Below the pieces are notes generated by a model, which saw only the letters and a list, made by a program, of their open reading frames with translations, had not been told where the DNA came from and ran no database searches. A stretch of DNA of 64,000 nucleotides, from NCBI GenBank assembly GCA_045633405.1, contig JAZQYD010000090.1, forward strand, positions 12,268-76,267, written 5' to 3'. The position numbers were made by a program, and so were the translations under genes. This document shows, one piece after another, positions 28,048 to 38,568 of the stretch. The DNA comes from Eubacteriales bacterium. GTDB lineage: Bacteria > Bacillota > Clostridia > Oscillospirales > CAG-272. Each line of letters opens with the position of its first letter. Within the stretch, counting starts at the first letter, position 1.

Positions 28048-31000
28048 CTATTTTAAAATTACGTTTCCTGCACCGAAAATATCGGTAAGCCGTGCCATAA
28101 CTCTGTCATCCGATGAGACGGAAAATCCTTTGAGCAAGGAATATTTTTTAGTCGACTCATCAAACAGAGCAATCGGGTGACTACCTCTGTTCAGCTGTGC
28201 AATTCTGTATATTTTCTCAATTCTGGAGTCCGAAAGAGACGGAACCCTGATGAATATCCGCTCTTCACCCGGCTCCTTTACCGCATCGGAGCTTACATTC
28301 TTCTCTTCGGCTCCGCCTACAAGCGGTGCTATCGATGACAGAATGATCCTGACACCGTCATCCTCCTCGAATGAAAGATTTCCGACAATTGAAACCGCAT
28401 TATCCGCTACAATCTCACGTGAATACTGTGAATACTGCTTAGCAAATACTATTACTTCGATTTCTCCGTACCTGTCCTCTAAGGTAATAAAAGCCATTGT
28501 CGAGCCGTTTTTCGTAACCTTGGTACGCTTGGCACTGATTATTCCTGCCACCGTCACAGTAGCTCTATCCTTGTATTGTCCGTGTCCGGAGGATTCATCG
28601 GAGAATGAGTCGAGTATATCCGATATTTTATCGCATTTCATACGGGATATTACATCCTTATAGCTATCGATCATATGTCCCGAGAAATACATACCCGAGC
28701 TTTCCTTCTCCAGAATTAAAAGCTCCTTCAGCTTAAATTCCTCAAGCTTAGGATACTCATACGAGCCTGCCGATATTACAGTATCGGATGAGCCCATGGA
28801 GAAAAGATCGAGCTGCCCTGAAAGATTGGACCTACGTCTCCCCTGCTCGGACTCAAGGATGCTCTCATAGCAGGACAGAAGCGAGCTTCTGGTTACCCCA
28901 AGCGAATCGAACACACCGCACTTTATCATTGACTCAAGCGTTCTTTTATTAAGATCGCTCTCGCTTAACCTGGTAACAAAATCATCAAAGGACAGGAAGG
29001 GGGATTTTTTCCTTTCCCTGACAACGGCTGTCGCAAACTGACCGCCCACGTTTCTTATTGCCATGAGTCCGAAGCGAATGTTGCCCTCTGAGACCGAGAA
29101 ATCCTTATCACTTGAATTTATATCAGGCGGAAGCACCTTTACACCGTATTTAGCGGCATCATCAATGTACTCCTTCAGCTTAGAGGAGCTGTCGAGAACA
29201 CTGGATAAGAGAGCCGCAAAATATTCCGCGGGATAATGAGCCTTAAGATATGCTGTACGGAAGGACGTCACACCGTATACTGTGGCGTGGCTCTTATTGA
29301 AAGCATACTTGGCGAATCCAAGCATTTCATCAAAGATCTCCTCTGCTACCGCATCGGAAACACCGTTAGATCGGCACCCCTCAAGAAAGGCATTCTTTTC
29401 AGCCTGCATAGTCTCTGTCTTTTTCTTTGACATAGCACGTCTGACAATATCCGCCTCTGCATAGGAGTACCCTGCAAGAGCTCTGCAAATCTGCATTACC
29501 TGCTCCTGATATACTATACAGCCGTAGGTTACATCAAGAATCTCACGCAGTCTATCATCCTTATATACCGTCTTCTCACGGCCGTGCTTTCTCGCTATGA
29601 ACGAATCTATCGAGTCCATAGGACCCGGTCTGTAAAGTGCTATACACGCAACAATATCCTCAAAGCACGTAGGTGACAAGCGAGTCAAAACCTGCTTCAT
29701 ACCACCCGACTCGAGCTGGAAGACACCGTCAGTTCTCGCTTCGGAAAGAAGGCGGAAGGTTTCCTTATCATCGTAAGGAATATTTGATATGGAGAAGTCA
29801 GGCTCCCTCTTTCTTATCTCACGCTCAGCGTCATGGATAACGGTAAGATACCTAAGACCTAAAAAATCGAATTTTACAAGGCCAAGTCTTGCATCCGTAT
29901 CCATATCAAACTGCGTTACAACACCTGTTCCGCTATAAGATAACGGGACGTACTCCCACGTGGGCTTTTCTGTTATAACAACACCTGCCGCATGCGTGGA
30001 AGCGTGCCTGGGCATACCTTCGACGCCACGGCTGACGTCAAGAAGACGCCTTACCTCATTATCTGAAATATAAAGCTCATGAAGATCACGGTTACCGAGT
30101 GCCTCATCAATGCTTGAGCTGTCAGACGAAACAGCTTTGGCAACCTGATCAACCTTACTGTACGCCATACCGAGAGCTCTACCGACGTCACGGACAGCGG
30201 CCCTTGGAGCAAGAGTACCAAAGGTAACGATCTGTGCGACCTTATCCTCTCCGTACTTTCTCTTAACGTAATCTATAACCTCTTCACGTCTGGTATAGCA
30301 AAAATCTATATCAAAATCAGGCATGGACACACGCTCGGGATTCAAAAATCTCTCGAACAGAAGGTCAAAGGCCATAGGATCTACGTCGGTAATTCCGATA
30401 CAGAAAGCTATCAAGCTGCCCGCTCCCGAGCCTCTTCCCGGACCTACGGGGATATCACTGTTTTTCGCAAAGGCTACAAAATCGCTTACAATAAGGAAGT
30501 ATGCGTTGAAGCCCATACTGTCAATAACGGATAGCTCGTATTCCATTCTCTCAAGATATGAATCACGGGAATGCTTGGAATAATCAAAGCGGCCGTCCTT
30601 TTCCTTTTTGGCAAATCCGTCAAAGGCATCCTGCCTGAGCTTGTCCTTATGCGTAAGATCGCCTGGCAGAACAAAATTAGGCAAATGAAGCGTATCGAAC
30701 TCGAAGTCAAACGAGCATTTTTCAGCTATCTTAACCGTATTTTCAATGGCTCCCGGGTAAATGGAAAACAGCTCCGACATCTCTTCATTTGACTTAAAAT
30801 AAAATTCATCATTTTCAAATCCGAGAGGTCTGCCATCGGTTATCACGTTTCCCGTCTGCACACACATCAGTATAGCCTGCATATCGGCATCTGATTTCTC
30901 TATATAATGAACGTCATTAGTAGCTACAAGAGGAATATCCAGCTTTTCCGAAAGGAGCTTCAGGCCATAAGCTACACGTCTTTCCTCATCTATACCGTGG

Positions 31001-31527
31001 TTTTGTATCTCGAGATAGAAATCTTCCCCGAAAATCTCCTTCATCTCAATGGCTGTACGCTCTGCCTCCTTGACCGCACCGCTAAGGATCAACTGAGGAA
31101 TTTTGCCCGCTACGCAGGCAGAAAGAGCTATCAGTCCCTCCGAATGCTCACGCAAAAGCTGCATATCTATTCGAGGACGGGAATAGAATCCGTTTATAAA
31201 GCTTTCCGATACCATATAAGAGAGGTTTTTATAGCCCTCTGCATTCTTGCAGAGAAGTACCAGGTGATGGCCCGATATATCCTGCTTTCCTTCCTTGAAG
31301 AAGCGTCCTCTCTCGGCGACGTAGACCTCACAGCCTATTATTGGCTTTACGCCCTTCGACTTAAGTGCATTATAAAATTCAACTACGCCGTACATAACTC
31401 CGTGATCGGTTATAGCAACGGCGGACTGTCCAAGAGAGAGAGCCTTATCAGCTATTTTGGATATTCGTGCCGCTCCGTCAAGCAAGCTGTATTCTGTATG
31501 AAGATGCAGATGAACAAAATCCGACAT
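28048..31527 (-). CDS. dnaE: DNA polymerase III alpha subunit (DnaE type)
   Basis: PHP domain HLHTEYSLLDGA, palm PDFDIDF, OB domain near the C-terminus. Start set at ATG 31527 (MSDFVHLHLH) with an AAGGAG RBS. Confidence 0.95.
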   Translation of the reverse strand: MSDFVHLHLHTEYSLLDGAARISKIADKALSLGQSAVAITDHGVMYGVVEFYNALKSKGVKPIIGCEVYVAERGRFFKEGKQDISGHHLVLLCKNAEGYKNLSYMVSESFINGFYSRPRIDMQLLREHSEGLIALSACVAGKIPQLILSGAVKEAERTAIEMKEIFGEDFYLEIQNHGIDEERRVAYGLKLLSEKLDIPLVATNDVHYIEKSDADMQAILMCVQTGNVITDGRPLGFENDEFYFKSNEEMSELFSIYPGAIENTVKIAEKCSFDFEFDTLHLPNFVLPGDLTHKDKLRQDAFDGFAKKEKDGRFDYSKHSRDSYLERMEYELSVIDSMGFNAYFLIVSDFVAFAKNSDIPVGPGRGSGAGSLIAFCIGITDVDPMAFDLLFERFLNPERVSMPDFDIDFCYTRREEVIDYVKRKYGEDKVAQIVTFGTLAPRAAVRDVGRALGMAYSKVDQVAKAVSSDSSSIDEALGNRDLHELYISDNEVRRLLDVSRGVEGMPRHASTHAAGVVITEKPTWEYVPLSYSGTGVVTQFDMDTDARLGLVKFDFLGLRYLTVIHDAEREIRKREPDFSISNIPYDDKETFRLLSEARTDGVFQLESGGMKQVLTRLSPTCFEDIVACIALYRPGPMDSIDSFIARKHGREKTVYKDDRLREILDVTYGCIVYQEQVMQICRALAGYSYAEADIVRRAMSKKKTETMQAEKNAFLEGCRSNGVSDAVAEEIFDEMLGFAKYAFNKSHATVYGVTSFRTAYLKAHYPAEYFAALLSSVLDSSSKLKEYIDDAAKYGVKVLPPDINSSDKDFSVSEGNIRFGLMAIRNVGGQFATAVVRERKKSPFLSFDDFVTRLSESDLNKRTLESMIKCGVFDSLGVTRSSLLSCYESILESEQGRRRSNLSGQLDLFSMGSSDTVISAGSYEYPKLEEFKLKELLILEKESSGMYFSGHMIDSYKDVISRMKCDKISDILDSFSDESSGHGQYKDRATVTVAGIISAKRTKVTKNGSTMAFITLEDRYGEIEVIVFAKQYSQYSREIVADNAVSIVGNLSFEEDDGVRIILSSIAPLVGGAEEKNVSSDAVKEPGEERIFIRVPSLSDSRIEKIYRIAQLNRGSHPIALFDESTKKYSLLKGFSVSSDDRVMARLTDIFGAGNVILK

Positions 31528-31546
31528 AAGGACTCTCCTTTCGTTT

Positions 31547-32425
31547 TTATTTTTTATCCCTGAGAAGCTCTCCTGCAATCTCAGATATCTTTTTGAGTCT
31601 GTGCGATAATCCCTGCTTTGATATAGGGGGAGTCATAATAGATGCTAGGCGAGCGAGAGAAAGATCCTCGTGCTGCATTCTGGCAAGTGCTGTATCTATA
31701 AGCTCGTCCGGAAGCTGTGAGAGAAGACCTCTCGATATAAGCTCCTTTATCTCCGCTATTTGGCTTACGGAAGCGGATACCGCCTTACCTATGTTGTTTA
31801 TTTCACAGTTTGCAACTCTGTTTGCATTATTCCTGATCTCACCCTGAATCTTTTTGTTCATGAAAATAAAGGCTGTTGCATTCATTCCCGCCATGGCGAA
31901 GAAGTCCTCTATTTCCGTACTGTTTTTAAAATAAATTATTCTTTCACTAGGCTTCTCGGATATCCTGGGTGTAATCCCCAAGCCGATAAAGAACTCATAG
32001 AATGCATCTGTATTACGACCTAATGAAAACTCAAGAGAATATTGCTTCTCGGGATCCGAAACGCGTCCTGAGGCAAGAAATACTCCTCTTAAAAAAGCCG
32101 CCTGACAAGCAGGACACCTTGATGTAAATGAGATTTCCCGAGCCTGTGAGTCTATATATTTTTCAGCAGCCTTCGATTCAAATGATATAAGCTTCCTTCT
32201 GCCGCCCTTGGCGGATTTCACCTCTATCGGATGCTTCCCGTACGTTTCAGTTATAAGAGGTGATACAAAATCGACCGTTTCCGAGGAATCAAGCGAAATA
32301 AATACTGCTCCATCTCTCACGTCGCTGTGAGAGGCAAGAATACCGTCGAGAAGTGCCCTTCGACAGCAATGAGAGCGTAATACAGTATTAATCATCTCTT
32401 TTTTCTGTTCAGTTGAAAAGGACAC
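31547..32425 (-). CDS. whiA: DNA-binding protein WhiA
   Basis: Degenerate LAGLIDADG-like N-domain (RGVFLASG) and a C-terminal HTH (LARLASIMTPPISKQGLSHRLKKI). Confidence 0.9.
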   Translation of the reverse strand: MSFSTEQKKEMINTVLRSHCCRRALLDGILASHSDVRDGAVFISLDSSETVDFVSPLITETYGKHPIEVKSAKGGRRKLISFESKAAEKYIDSQAREISFTSRCPACQAAFLRGVFLASGRVSDPEKQYSLEFSLGRNTDAFYEFFIGLGITPRISEKPSERIIYFKNSTEIEDFFAMAGMNATAFIFMNKKIQGEIRNNANRVANCEINNIGKAVSASVSQIAEIKELISRGLLSQLPDELIDTALARMQHEDLSLARLASIMTPPISKQGLSHRLKKISEIAGELLRDKK

Positions 32426-32434
32426 GCTTCCCTC

Positions 32435-33343
32435 CTAAAGTATTTCTATTTCTTCCTCAAGTGTTATTCCGAACGTGTCAAAGACACGTATTTTTACATA
32501 ATCAACCAATGCTAACACATCCGTCGACGTTGCGTTTCCGACGTTAATAATGAATCCCGCGTGCTTACGCGAAACCTCAGCATCTCCGATTCTGTACCCT
32601 TTTAGCCCGGAACGCTCAATGTAATAACCCGCACCCTGACCTTCATATCGCTTAAATACACTGCCAAGGCTGGGAAATTCGAGCGGCTGACCGTTTCTCC
32701 TTTGGTGTGCAAGCTCCGTTATGCGATGCTTAGACTCTTCGAAATTTCGAGAGCAAGTCTTGAATCTTGCAGATAAAAGAACGTATTCCTCATCCATATA
32801 TACGGAATGTCTGTAACCGAAACGCATATCGTCACGTGCGATTGTTAATCGAACACCGTCACGTACGGAGAAAACGTCGGCATCGATAATACAATCTGAT
32901 ATGACTCTACCGTGAGCTCCCGCATTATTGTATACCGCACCGCCGACAGATGCCGGTATCATCATTAACTCTTCAAGACCTCCAAGGCCTTGCTTTAAAG
33001 CTCCCCAGATCACTCTTGACAGACGGGCACCGCATTCTGCCTTTATCACGTCTCCCAAAATACCGACAGAAGATAGATAACTCGTATCTATCACTATTCC
33101 GTCATACTCTCCGTCAGGCGGTAAGGTATTCGACATTCTGCCTATCACTCTGTATTTAACCCCTATGCGGTGTGCCAGGAGAGCAATATCCGCAAGCTCA
33201 TCGCACGTCTTAGGACGAGCTAAAACACGTGCACTGCCGCCACACCTCATCGTTGTCAAGGATCTGAGTGATGCATGCTCACTAAAATCAATTCTCTTTT
33301 CTGCAAGCTGATAGATTATCGAATCAAGCATATTAAACCCCAA
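32435..33343 (-). CDS. murB: UDP-N-acetylenolpyruvoylglucosamine reductase
   Basis: FAD-binding TTMRCGGSA and C-terminal SLGSVFK and GDAEVSRKHAGFIIN motifs. Confidence 0.9.
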   Translation of the reverse strand: MGFNMLDSIIYQLAEKRIDFSEHASLRSLTTMRCGGSARVLARPKTCDELADIALLAHRIGVKYRVIGRMSNTLPPDGEYDGIVIDTSYLSSVGILGDVIKAECGARLSRVIWGALKQGLGGLEELMMIPASVGGAVYNNAGAHGRVISDCIIDADVFSVRDGVRLTIARDDMRFGYRHSVYMDEEYVLLSARFKTCSRNFEESKHRITELAHQRRNGQPLEFPSLGSVFKRYEGQGAGYYIERSGLKGYRIGDAEVSRKHAGFIINVGNATSTDVLALVDYVKIRVFDTFGITLEEEIEIL

Positions 33344-33346
33344 TAA

Positions 33347-35032
33347 TCAGATTTCTCTGATATTCAGCATATCCTCAGCAGCCTTTCTTTGTGAATCGGT
33401 AACGTTGATGCCTCCGAGTATCCTCGAGAGCTCTCTTATTCTTCCATCTTTATCAAGATCAACAACAGAGGTCTCGGTAGCACCGGAATGATCTGACTTA
33501 GATATGAGAAAATGCTTATCCGAAAGAGATGCTATCTGGGCACTGTGAGTGACGGAGATAATCTGTGAGTCCTCGGATAAATGCATCATTTTAATGCCTA
33601 TCTTTCTGGCTGTTTTTCCTGATACTCCGCTGTCTATCTCATCGAATATAAGAGTAGGTGTGCCCTCCTTTCTCACAATTGCATTCTTCAGTGCGAGCAT
33701 AATTCTTGCCAGCTCACCGCCCGACGCAATGCGAGAAATGGGCTGTGGTACAGCCCCCTTATTGGCACTGATATAAAATTCTATCTTATCGTATCCTGCA
33801 GGATACAAGACCTTCCTCTCTTCGCACGAGTCCACGCTTACCTCGGCAAAAAACTCAACCTTTGGCATATCAAGGAATTCAAGAGTTTCCTTAACGCATT
33901 CCTCAAGCCTTATCTTTGCATCCATTCTTCTCGTGTGTAATTCCTCGGCAATTTGAAGAGCCGATTCATAGAGCTTAGCCTCATCACGGGATAGCTGATA
34001 AAGTATATCATCGTGGTTGACAATCGTATCCAATTCAGCCTTTGCCCTGTCTCTATATGCGAGAATCTCTTCAACAGTGAGTCCGTATTTTCTTTTAAGC
34101 TTGTTAAGCTTATCAAGCCTTTCCTCGACGAGATCAAGAGTATCACCGGGAGAGTCAATATCGTCTATAACTGCCTGTGCTCCCTCAGCGACGTCGATTA
34201 TTCTGTATGAAATGTCCCTCAGGCTTTCTACAAGCTCTGCATAGCTCGGAATAATTTCCGTTAAATGCTCAAGAGCGGTGATGCTTTTCTCAACAAGCAA
34301 AAGAGCACTTCCCTTTTCGCTTCCCTTAAGAGCCTTGTAGACAAATTCGGAATTTTTTAAAATCTTCTCGCTGTTACGGATCTTCAGACGCTTATCTATC
34401 AGCTCCTCCTCTTCTCCCGGATGGAGTCCAACCTCCTCGATATCCTTTATTTGATATTCGAGCATTTCTCTGCGTCGCTCACGCTCGCCCTCAAGAAGAT
34501 TCAAATCATTGATTTTCTTACGAACTTCCTCGAGCTTGGTATATTGACTGCGGTATTTCGAGAGAAGCTCCTCGTTGTCCGCAAAAATATCTATAAGCTC
34601 AAGATGCGACGAAGGATCGAGGAGAGCACCCGTTTCGTTTTGCCCATGGATACACACAAGTGCAGATGAGATAGCCTTAAGTGTGGAAACGGAAACGCCT
34701 CTGCCGTTTATCTTGACCTGAGTTCTGCCGTCCTGAGTAATTCTTCTTTCAACTAAAAGCTGGCCTTCCTCATCGAGAGAAACACCTGCCGCATCAAGGG
34801 TGGCAATCGAATCACGTCCAAGATCAGAAAACAGTGCACTGACAAACAGCGATTGCTCTCCGTGTCTTATAAGCTCCTTCTCGGATTTCGCTCCGAGAAT
34901 CAAATTTATGCTGTCAATGATTATGGATTTTCCCGCTCCCGTTTCACCTGTAAGTGCATTGAAGCCTGAGGAAAAGTCAATATCAAGTGATTTGACTACC
35001 GCTATATTCTCAATGTGCAATGAATAAAGCAT
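33347..35032 (-). CDS. recN: DNA repair protein RecN
   Basis: SMC-like head LTGETGAGKSIIIDSI, long coiled coil, signature ASGGELARIMLAL, Walker B LIFDEIDSG. Confidence 0.95.
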   Translation of the reverse strand: MLYSLHIENIAVVKSLDIDFSSGFNALTGETGAGKSIIIDSINLILGAKSEKELIRHGEQSLFVSALFSDLGRDSIATLDAAGVSLDEEGQLLVERRITQDGRTQVKINGRGVSVSTLKAISSALVCIHGQNETGALLDPSSHLELIDIFADNEELLSKYRSQYTKLEEVRKKINDLNLLEGERERRREMLEYQIKDIEEVGLHPGEEEELIDKRLKIRNSEKILKNSEFVYKALKGSEKGSALLLVEKSITALEHLTEIIPSYAELVESLRDISYRIIDVAEGAQAVIDDIDSPGDTLDLVEERLDKLNKLKRKYGLTVEEILAYRDRAKAELDTIVNHDDILYQLSRDEAKLYESALQIAEELHTRRMDAKIRLEECVKETLEFLDMPKVEFFAEVSVDSCEERKVLYPAGYDKIEFYISANKGAVPQPISRIASGGELARIMLALKNAIVRKEGTPTLIFDEIDSGVSGKTARKIGIKMMHLSEDSQIISVTHSAQIASLSDKHFLISKSDHSGATETSVVDLDKDGRIRELSRILGGINVTDSQRKAAEDMLNIREI

Positions 35033-35057
35033 ATTTCAAAACCCCTACAAATCGAAT

Positions 35058-35510
35058 TTAGTGCTTAAACATCCTTGAGAGCTGAGCCTCGCCCAGATCC
35101 GCCTTTTCATTATCCTTGAAAACCATTATCATCGTATCGTCACCCGCCACCGAGCCTACCAAGCCATCAAGGTGCAGATCCTCGATGCATACAGCTATGG
35201 CATTAGCCATGCCGGCGTGAGTTTTGATAACAACGATATTCTGTGCAGCCTCGACCTTAAGCACGGAGTCAGACAGTGAGGATGTATGGACGGGAGTCTT
35301 AGGTCTTATGTGAGACTCCGGCTCAACGTACTTATATCCGCCGCCGGAAATCTGTCCCTTAACCAGATTCAACTGTCTTATATCTCTTGAAACTGTGGTC
35401 TGAGTGACGTCAAAGCCCTCTTTTCTCAGCTTCTCGATCAAAGCCTCCTGCGTTGAAATCTCGTATCTTTTTATAAGCTCAAGTATTTTCTCTTGTCTTG
35501 AATTCTTCAT
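35058..35510 (-). CDS. argR: Arginine repressor
   Basis: Winged-helix QTTVSRDIRQL and C-terminal GSVAGDDT oligomerisation/Arg-binding motif. Confidence 0.9.
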   Translation of the reverse strand: MKNSRQEKILELIKRYEISTQEALIEKLRKEGFDVTQTTVSRDIRQLNLVKGQISGGGYKYVEPESHIRPKTPVHTSSLSDSVLKVEAAQNIVVIKTHAGMANAIAVCIEDLHLDGLVGSVAGDDTMIMVFKDNEKADLGEAQLSRMFKH

Positions 35511-36346
35511 TATTCGTTATCCTCTAGCATCTTCATTTTATTGAAGAGATTTGAAAACATACTGTTCTTTAAAAGAGTGAACATCTTCATTCTCTTATCA
35601 GCCCTCGATACCGTACAGCTCTCACCCGGAGGTAAGCTGCCGACAAATCTTCCGTCAACGCTGACGTTCAGCGGATCGTTGCTGATATTAGTAACCTTTA
35701 TATGCTCGCCGGCGTTGAAAATAACCGAACGGTTAAAGAAGGAATGTGCACATACAGGTGTTGCTATAACACTGTCAAGATCGTGTGCAACAATCGGGCC
35801 TCCTGCTGAAAGCGAATAGGCTGTCGAACCTTGCGGAGTAGAAAGGATCAGTCCGTCCGAACGGTATTTTATCGAGTTGCCCGCACTGTCCTCAAGTCTG
35901 ATCGAGGCAATTCCGAGATAAGATTCGTGTGAAATGACAATATCGTTCACTGCATATCTGTGAGCTTCATCGCAGAAGGGCGACTCTATTGAAAGCAACA
36001 TTCTTTCACTGACAGACGCAGTGCCGTTGGCAAGAGACTCAAGCTGATCAATAGCCTCGGGCTCGATCTCGCTAAGGTATCCAACACGTCCGAGATTTAC
36101 TCCGATAATAGGAATATCACGCACAATTGCGTATCTGGCTGCATCTATAAGCGTTCCGTCGCCACCTACAACGACGAGAAAGTCGAAGCTGTCACGGTCT
36201 ATTTTGTAATTTTCAGTGCTTTTCTCAATAAAATGCTCTTCAATATACGAATCTACGCCGAGTGAGAAAAGCTTTTCCTTGACTTTATATGTAACTGTAA
36301 GTCCCGGATCCTTCTTGGGATTCGGTATGATCAGAGCTTTTTTCAT
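35510..36346 (-). CDS. nadK: NAD kinase
   Basis: GGDGTLIDAAR motif and STPQGSTAYSLSAGGPIV. Confidence 0.9.
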   Translation of the reverse strand: MKKALIIPNPKKDPGLTVTYKVKEKLFSLGVDSYIEEHFIEKSTENYKIDRDSFDFLVVVGGDGTLIDAARYAIVRDIPIIGVNLGRVGYLSEIEPEAIDQLESLANGTASVSERMLLSIESPFCDEAHRYAVNDIVISHESYLGIASIRLEDSAGNSIKYRSDGLILSTPQGSTAYSLSAGGPIVAHDLDSVIATPVCAHSFFNRSVIFNAGEHIKVTNISNDPLNVSVDGRFVGSLPPGESCTVSRADKRMKMFTLLKNSMFSNLFNKMKMLEDNE

Positions 36347-36356
36347 ATTTTATCCT

Positions 36357-37085
36357 TTACGGTTTTACAAAATGTGCAAGAAATTCAGTATTTCCGTCTC
36401 CGCCTTTTATAGGAGACTCGATAAGTGCCATATGCTTAAAGCCGCACTGATTCGCAAAATCTACAACCTTCCTGACTGCTTCATCACGTGCTTTGGCATC
36501 CTTGACTATGCCGCCCTTTCCAATGGCAGATCTGCCAACCTCAAACTGGGGCTTAATAAGGCAAACAAAATCTCCACCTTCACAAAGACAGCCAAATATC
36601 GCATTAATTATATACGTAGCAGAAATAAATGACACGTCCATCACTGCAAGAGACGGTGTGTACTCGAGATCCGTTCTTTGCATATACCTAGCATTATATT
36701 TCTCAATCGACGTCACTCTTTCATCGGAAGCTATTTTCGCAACAAGCTGTCCAACTCCGGAATCAACGGCGATCACGTGGTCGGCCCCCATCTGTAAAAG
36801 GCAATCGGTAAAACCGCCGCTCGACGCACCAACGTCAAGACACAGCCTTCCCGATGGATCAATTCCGAACTCATTCAGTGCTCTCTCGAGCTTAATTCCG
36901 CCCCTGCTTACGTATTTAAAGTGCGATCTGTCTACGTAAACAACGTCTCTATCTGCATCAATATCATGGGACGGCTTATCTATTACCCTACCGTTTACGG
37001 TAACGGCACCTGCCTCGATATATTTTTTTGCCTCAGTTCTGGAGGAAGCCAGCCCCGCATCGGCAAGAAAAAGATCAATCCTCAT
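36357..37085 (-). CDS. tlyA: TlyA family rRNA 2'-O-methyltransferase
   Basis: S4 domain MRIDLFLADAGLASSRTEAKKYI and FtsJ-like SAM site LDVGASSGGFTD. Confidence 0.85.
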   Translation of the reverse strand: MRIDLFLADAGLASSRTEAKKYIEAGAVTVNGRVIDKPSHDIDADRDVVYVDRSHFKYVSRGGIKLERALNEFGIDPSGRLCLDVGASSGGFTDCLLQMGADHVIAVDSGVGQLVAKIASDERVTSIEKYNARYMQRTDLEYTPSLAVMDVSFISATYIINAIFGCLCEGGDFVCLIKPQFEVGRSAIGKGGIVKDAKARDEAVRKVVDFANQCGFKHMALIESPIKGGDGNTEFLAHFVKP

Positions 37086-37317
37086 TTATTTCACCGAAGG
37101 GCTTGTCAGAAACCGCTCCATCGTCGCCCTCTACGAGAATCCTTATTCTACGCTCTGCATTATCAAGCTTCTCGTGACAAGCTCTCACAAGTGCAACCGA
37201 CTCCTCGTACAGCCTTATAGCGTCATCAAGCGGAAGTGCTCCGCTCTCAAGCTTCTTTACGGATGTCTCAAGCATCTCGATCGCATCTTCGAATTTTAAT
37301 TCATCTATATTTTTCAT
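37075..37317 (-). CDS. xseB: Exodeoxyribonuclease VII small subunit
   Basis: FEDAIEMLETSVKKLESGALPLDDAIRLYEES helix-hairpin signature. Start set at ATG 37317. Confidence 0.9.
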   Translation of the reverse strand: MKNIDELKFEDAIEMLETSVKKLESGALPLDDAIRLYEESVALVRACHEKLDNAERRIRILVEGDDGAVSDKPFGEINED

Positions 37318-37321
37318 AGCA

Positions 37322-38554
37322 TTAATTCTCCATTTCGGTATTTTTAATCTCAGCAACTACCGCTCCGTCAGTCATACGAATATTTACTAAGTCTCCCTTA
37401 TTAAGCTCTTTTCGACTGGTAATTATCCTGCCTTCCGACTCCAGAACCGAGTAACCACGCTGCAGAACGGAAAGAGGGTTAAGAGCCTCAAGCTTGCTCA
37501 GTGCGATACCCATCCTACCTTTAAGAGATACGAACACGTCACCGATACAGTCATCTAATCTCTCTCTGAGACCGACAGTCGTATCACGCAATCCTTTAAG
37601 CAAATTCACGGGAGAGTGCATTATCTCTCTCGAAGTTATAGATTCAAGGCGTGAGCGGCCTCTCTCGAGGGCATTCATCAAGCTTATATCAAGCCTATCG
37701 GAGAAATTATCTACGGTAAGGCTCAGCTCCCTGATGTCGGGAACGGCTAACTCGGCAGCAGCCGATGGTGTGGGAGCTCTGAGATCGGACACAAAATCGC
37801 AGATGGTAAAATCCGTCTCGTGTCCAACAGCTGAAATAATCGGAACGGTCGCAGAATGTATGAGTCTTGCCAGCTTTTCACTGTTGAAAGCCCAGAGATC
37901 CTCAATAGAGCCTCCGCCGCGTCCAATGATAACAACGTCGACAAGCTTGCTCTTTTCAAAATATTCAACAGCCCGACAAAGGCTTGCCTCTGCACCGTCT
38001 CCCTGGACAAGTGCGGGATAAAGATAAATATCTGCTAAAGGATATCTTCTTCCGGTAACGTTGATAATGTCTCTCACTGCAGCTCCGGTGGGGGACGTGA
38101 TTACGCCCACCTTCGACGGAAATTTAGGTATCGGAAGCTTACATTCTTGATCAAACAAGCCTTCTCCCGCAAGCCTCTCCTTCAGCTGCTCATACGCCAG
38201 ATACAAAGCACCGATACCGTCGGGCTGCATAGAGCTTGCGTATAGCTGATAGGTACCTCCCTGACTATAAACACTTACAGATCCGTGGATGATAACCTTC
38301 ATTCCGTTCTCGGGAATAAAGCGTAATCTGGACGCTGAGGAGCGAAACATTACAGCACGCAGCTGAGAATCCGCATCCTTGAGAGAAAAATACATATGAC
38401 CGCTTCTGTGATTAACAAAATTCGATATTTCTCCCTTAACCGTCACAGAGGTAAGGACTCTGTTAGAGTCAAACATATTCTTGATAAACTCATTCAAATC
38501 CGAGACCGTCATAGTTCCCTCTAACGGTCTGTCTCGAAGAGAATTTATATCCAT
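37322..38554 (-). CDS. xseA: Exodeoxyribonuclease VII large subunit
   Basis: OB-fold N-domain (VKGEISNF..HRSGHMYFSLKD) and catalytic core GRGGGSIEDLWAFN. Confidence 0.9.
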   Translation of the reverse strand: MDINSLRDRPLEGTMTVSDLNEFIKNMFDSNRVLTSVTVKGEISNFVNHRSGHMYFSLKDADSQLRAVMFRSSASRLRFIPENGMKVIIHGSVSVYSQGGTYQLYASSMQPDGIGALYLAYEQLKERLAGEGLFDQECKLPIPKFPSKVGVITSPTGAAVRDIINVTGRRYPLADIYLYPALVQGDGAEASLCRAVEYFEKSKLVDVVIIGRGGGSIEDLWAFNSEKLARLIHSATVPIISAVGHETDFTICDFVSDLRAPTPSAAAELAVPDIRELSLTVDNFSDRLDISLMNALERGRSRLESITSREIMHSPVNLLKGLRDTTVGLRERLDDCIGDVFVSLKGRMGIALSKLEALNPLSVLQRGYSVLESEGRIITSRKELNKGDLVNIRMTDGAVVAEIKNTEMEN

Positions 38555-38568
38555 GTATCCGCCTCTCT

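Noticed and set aside
37075-37085. Searched the xseB-tlyA junction for OLE RNA and for ispA/dxs, which commonly sit between xseB and tlyA in Firmicutes.
   Set aside because: xseB and tlyA overlap by 11 nt, so there is no room for an RNA gene. ispA and dxs are simply located elsewhere.
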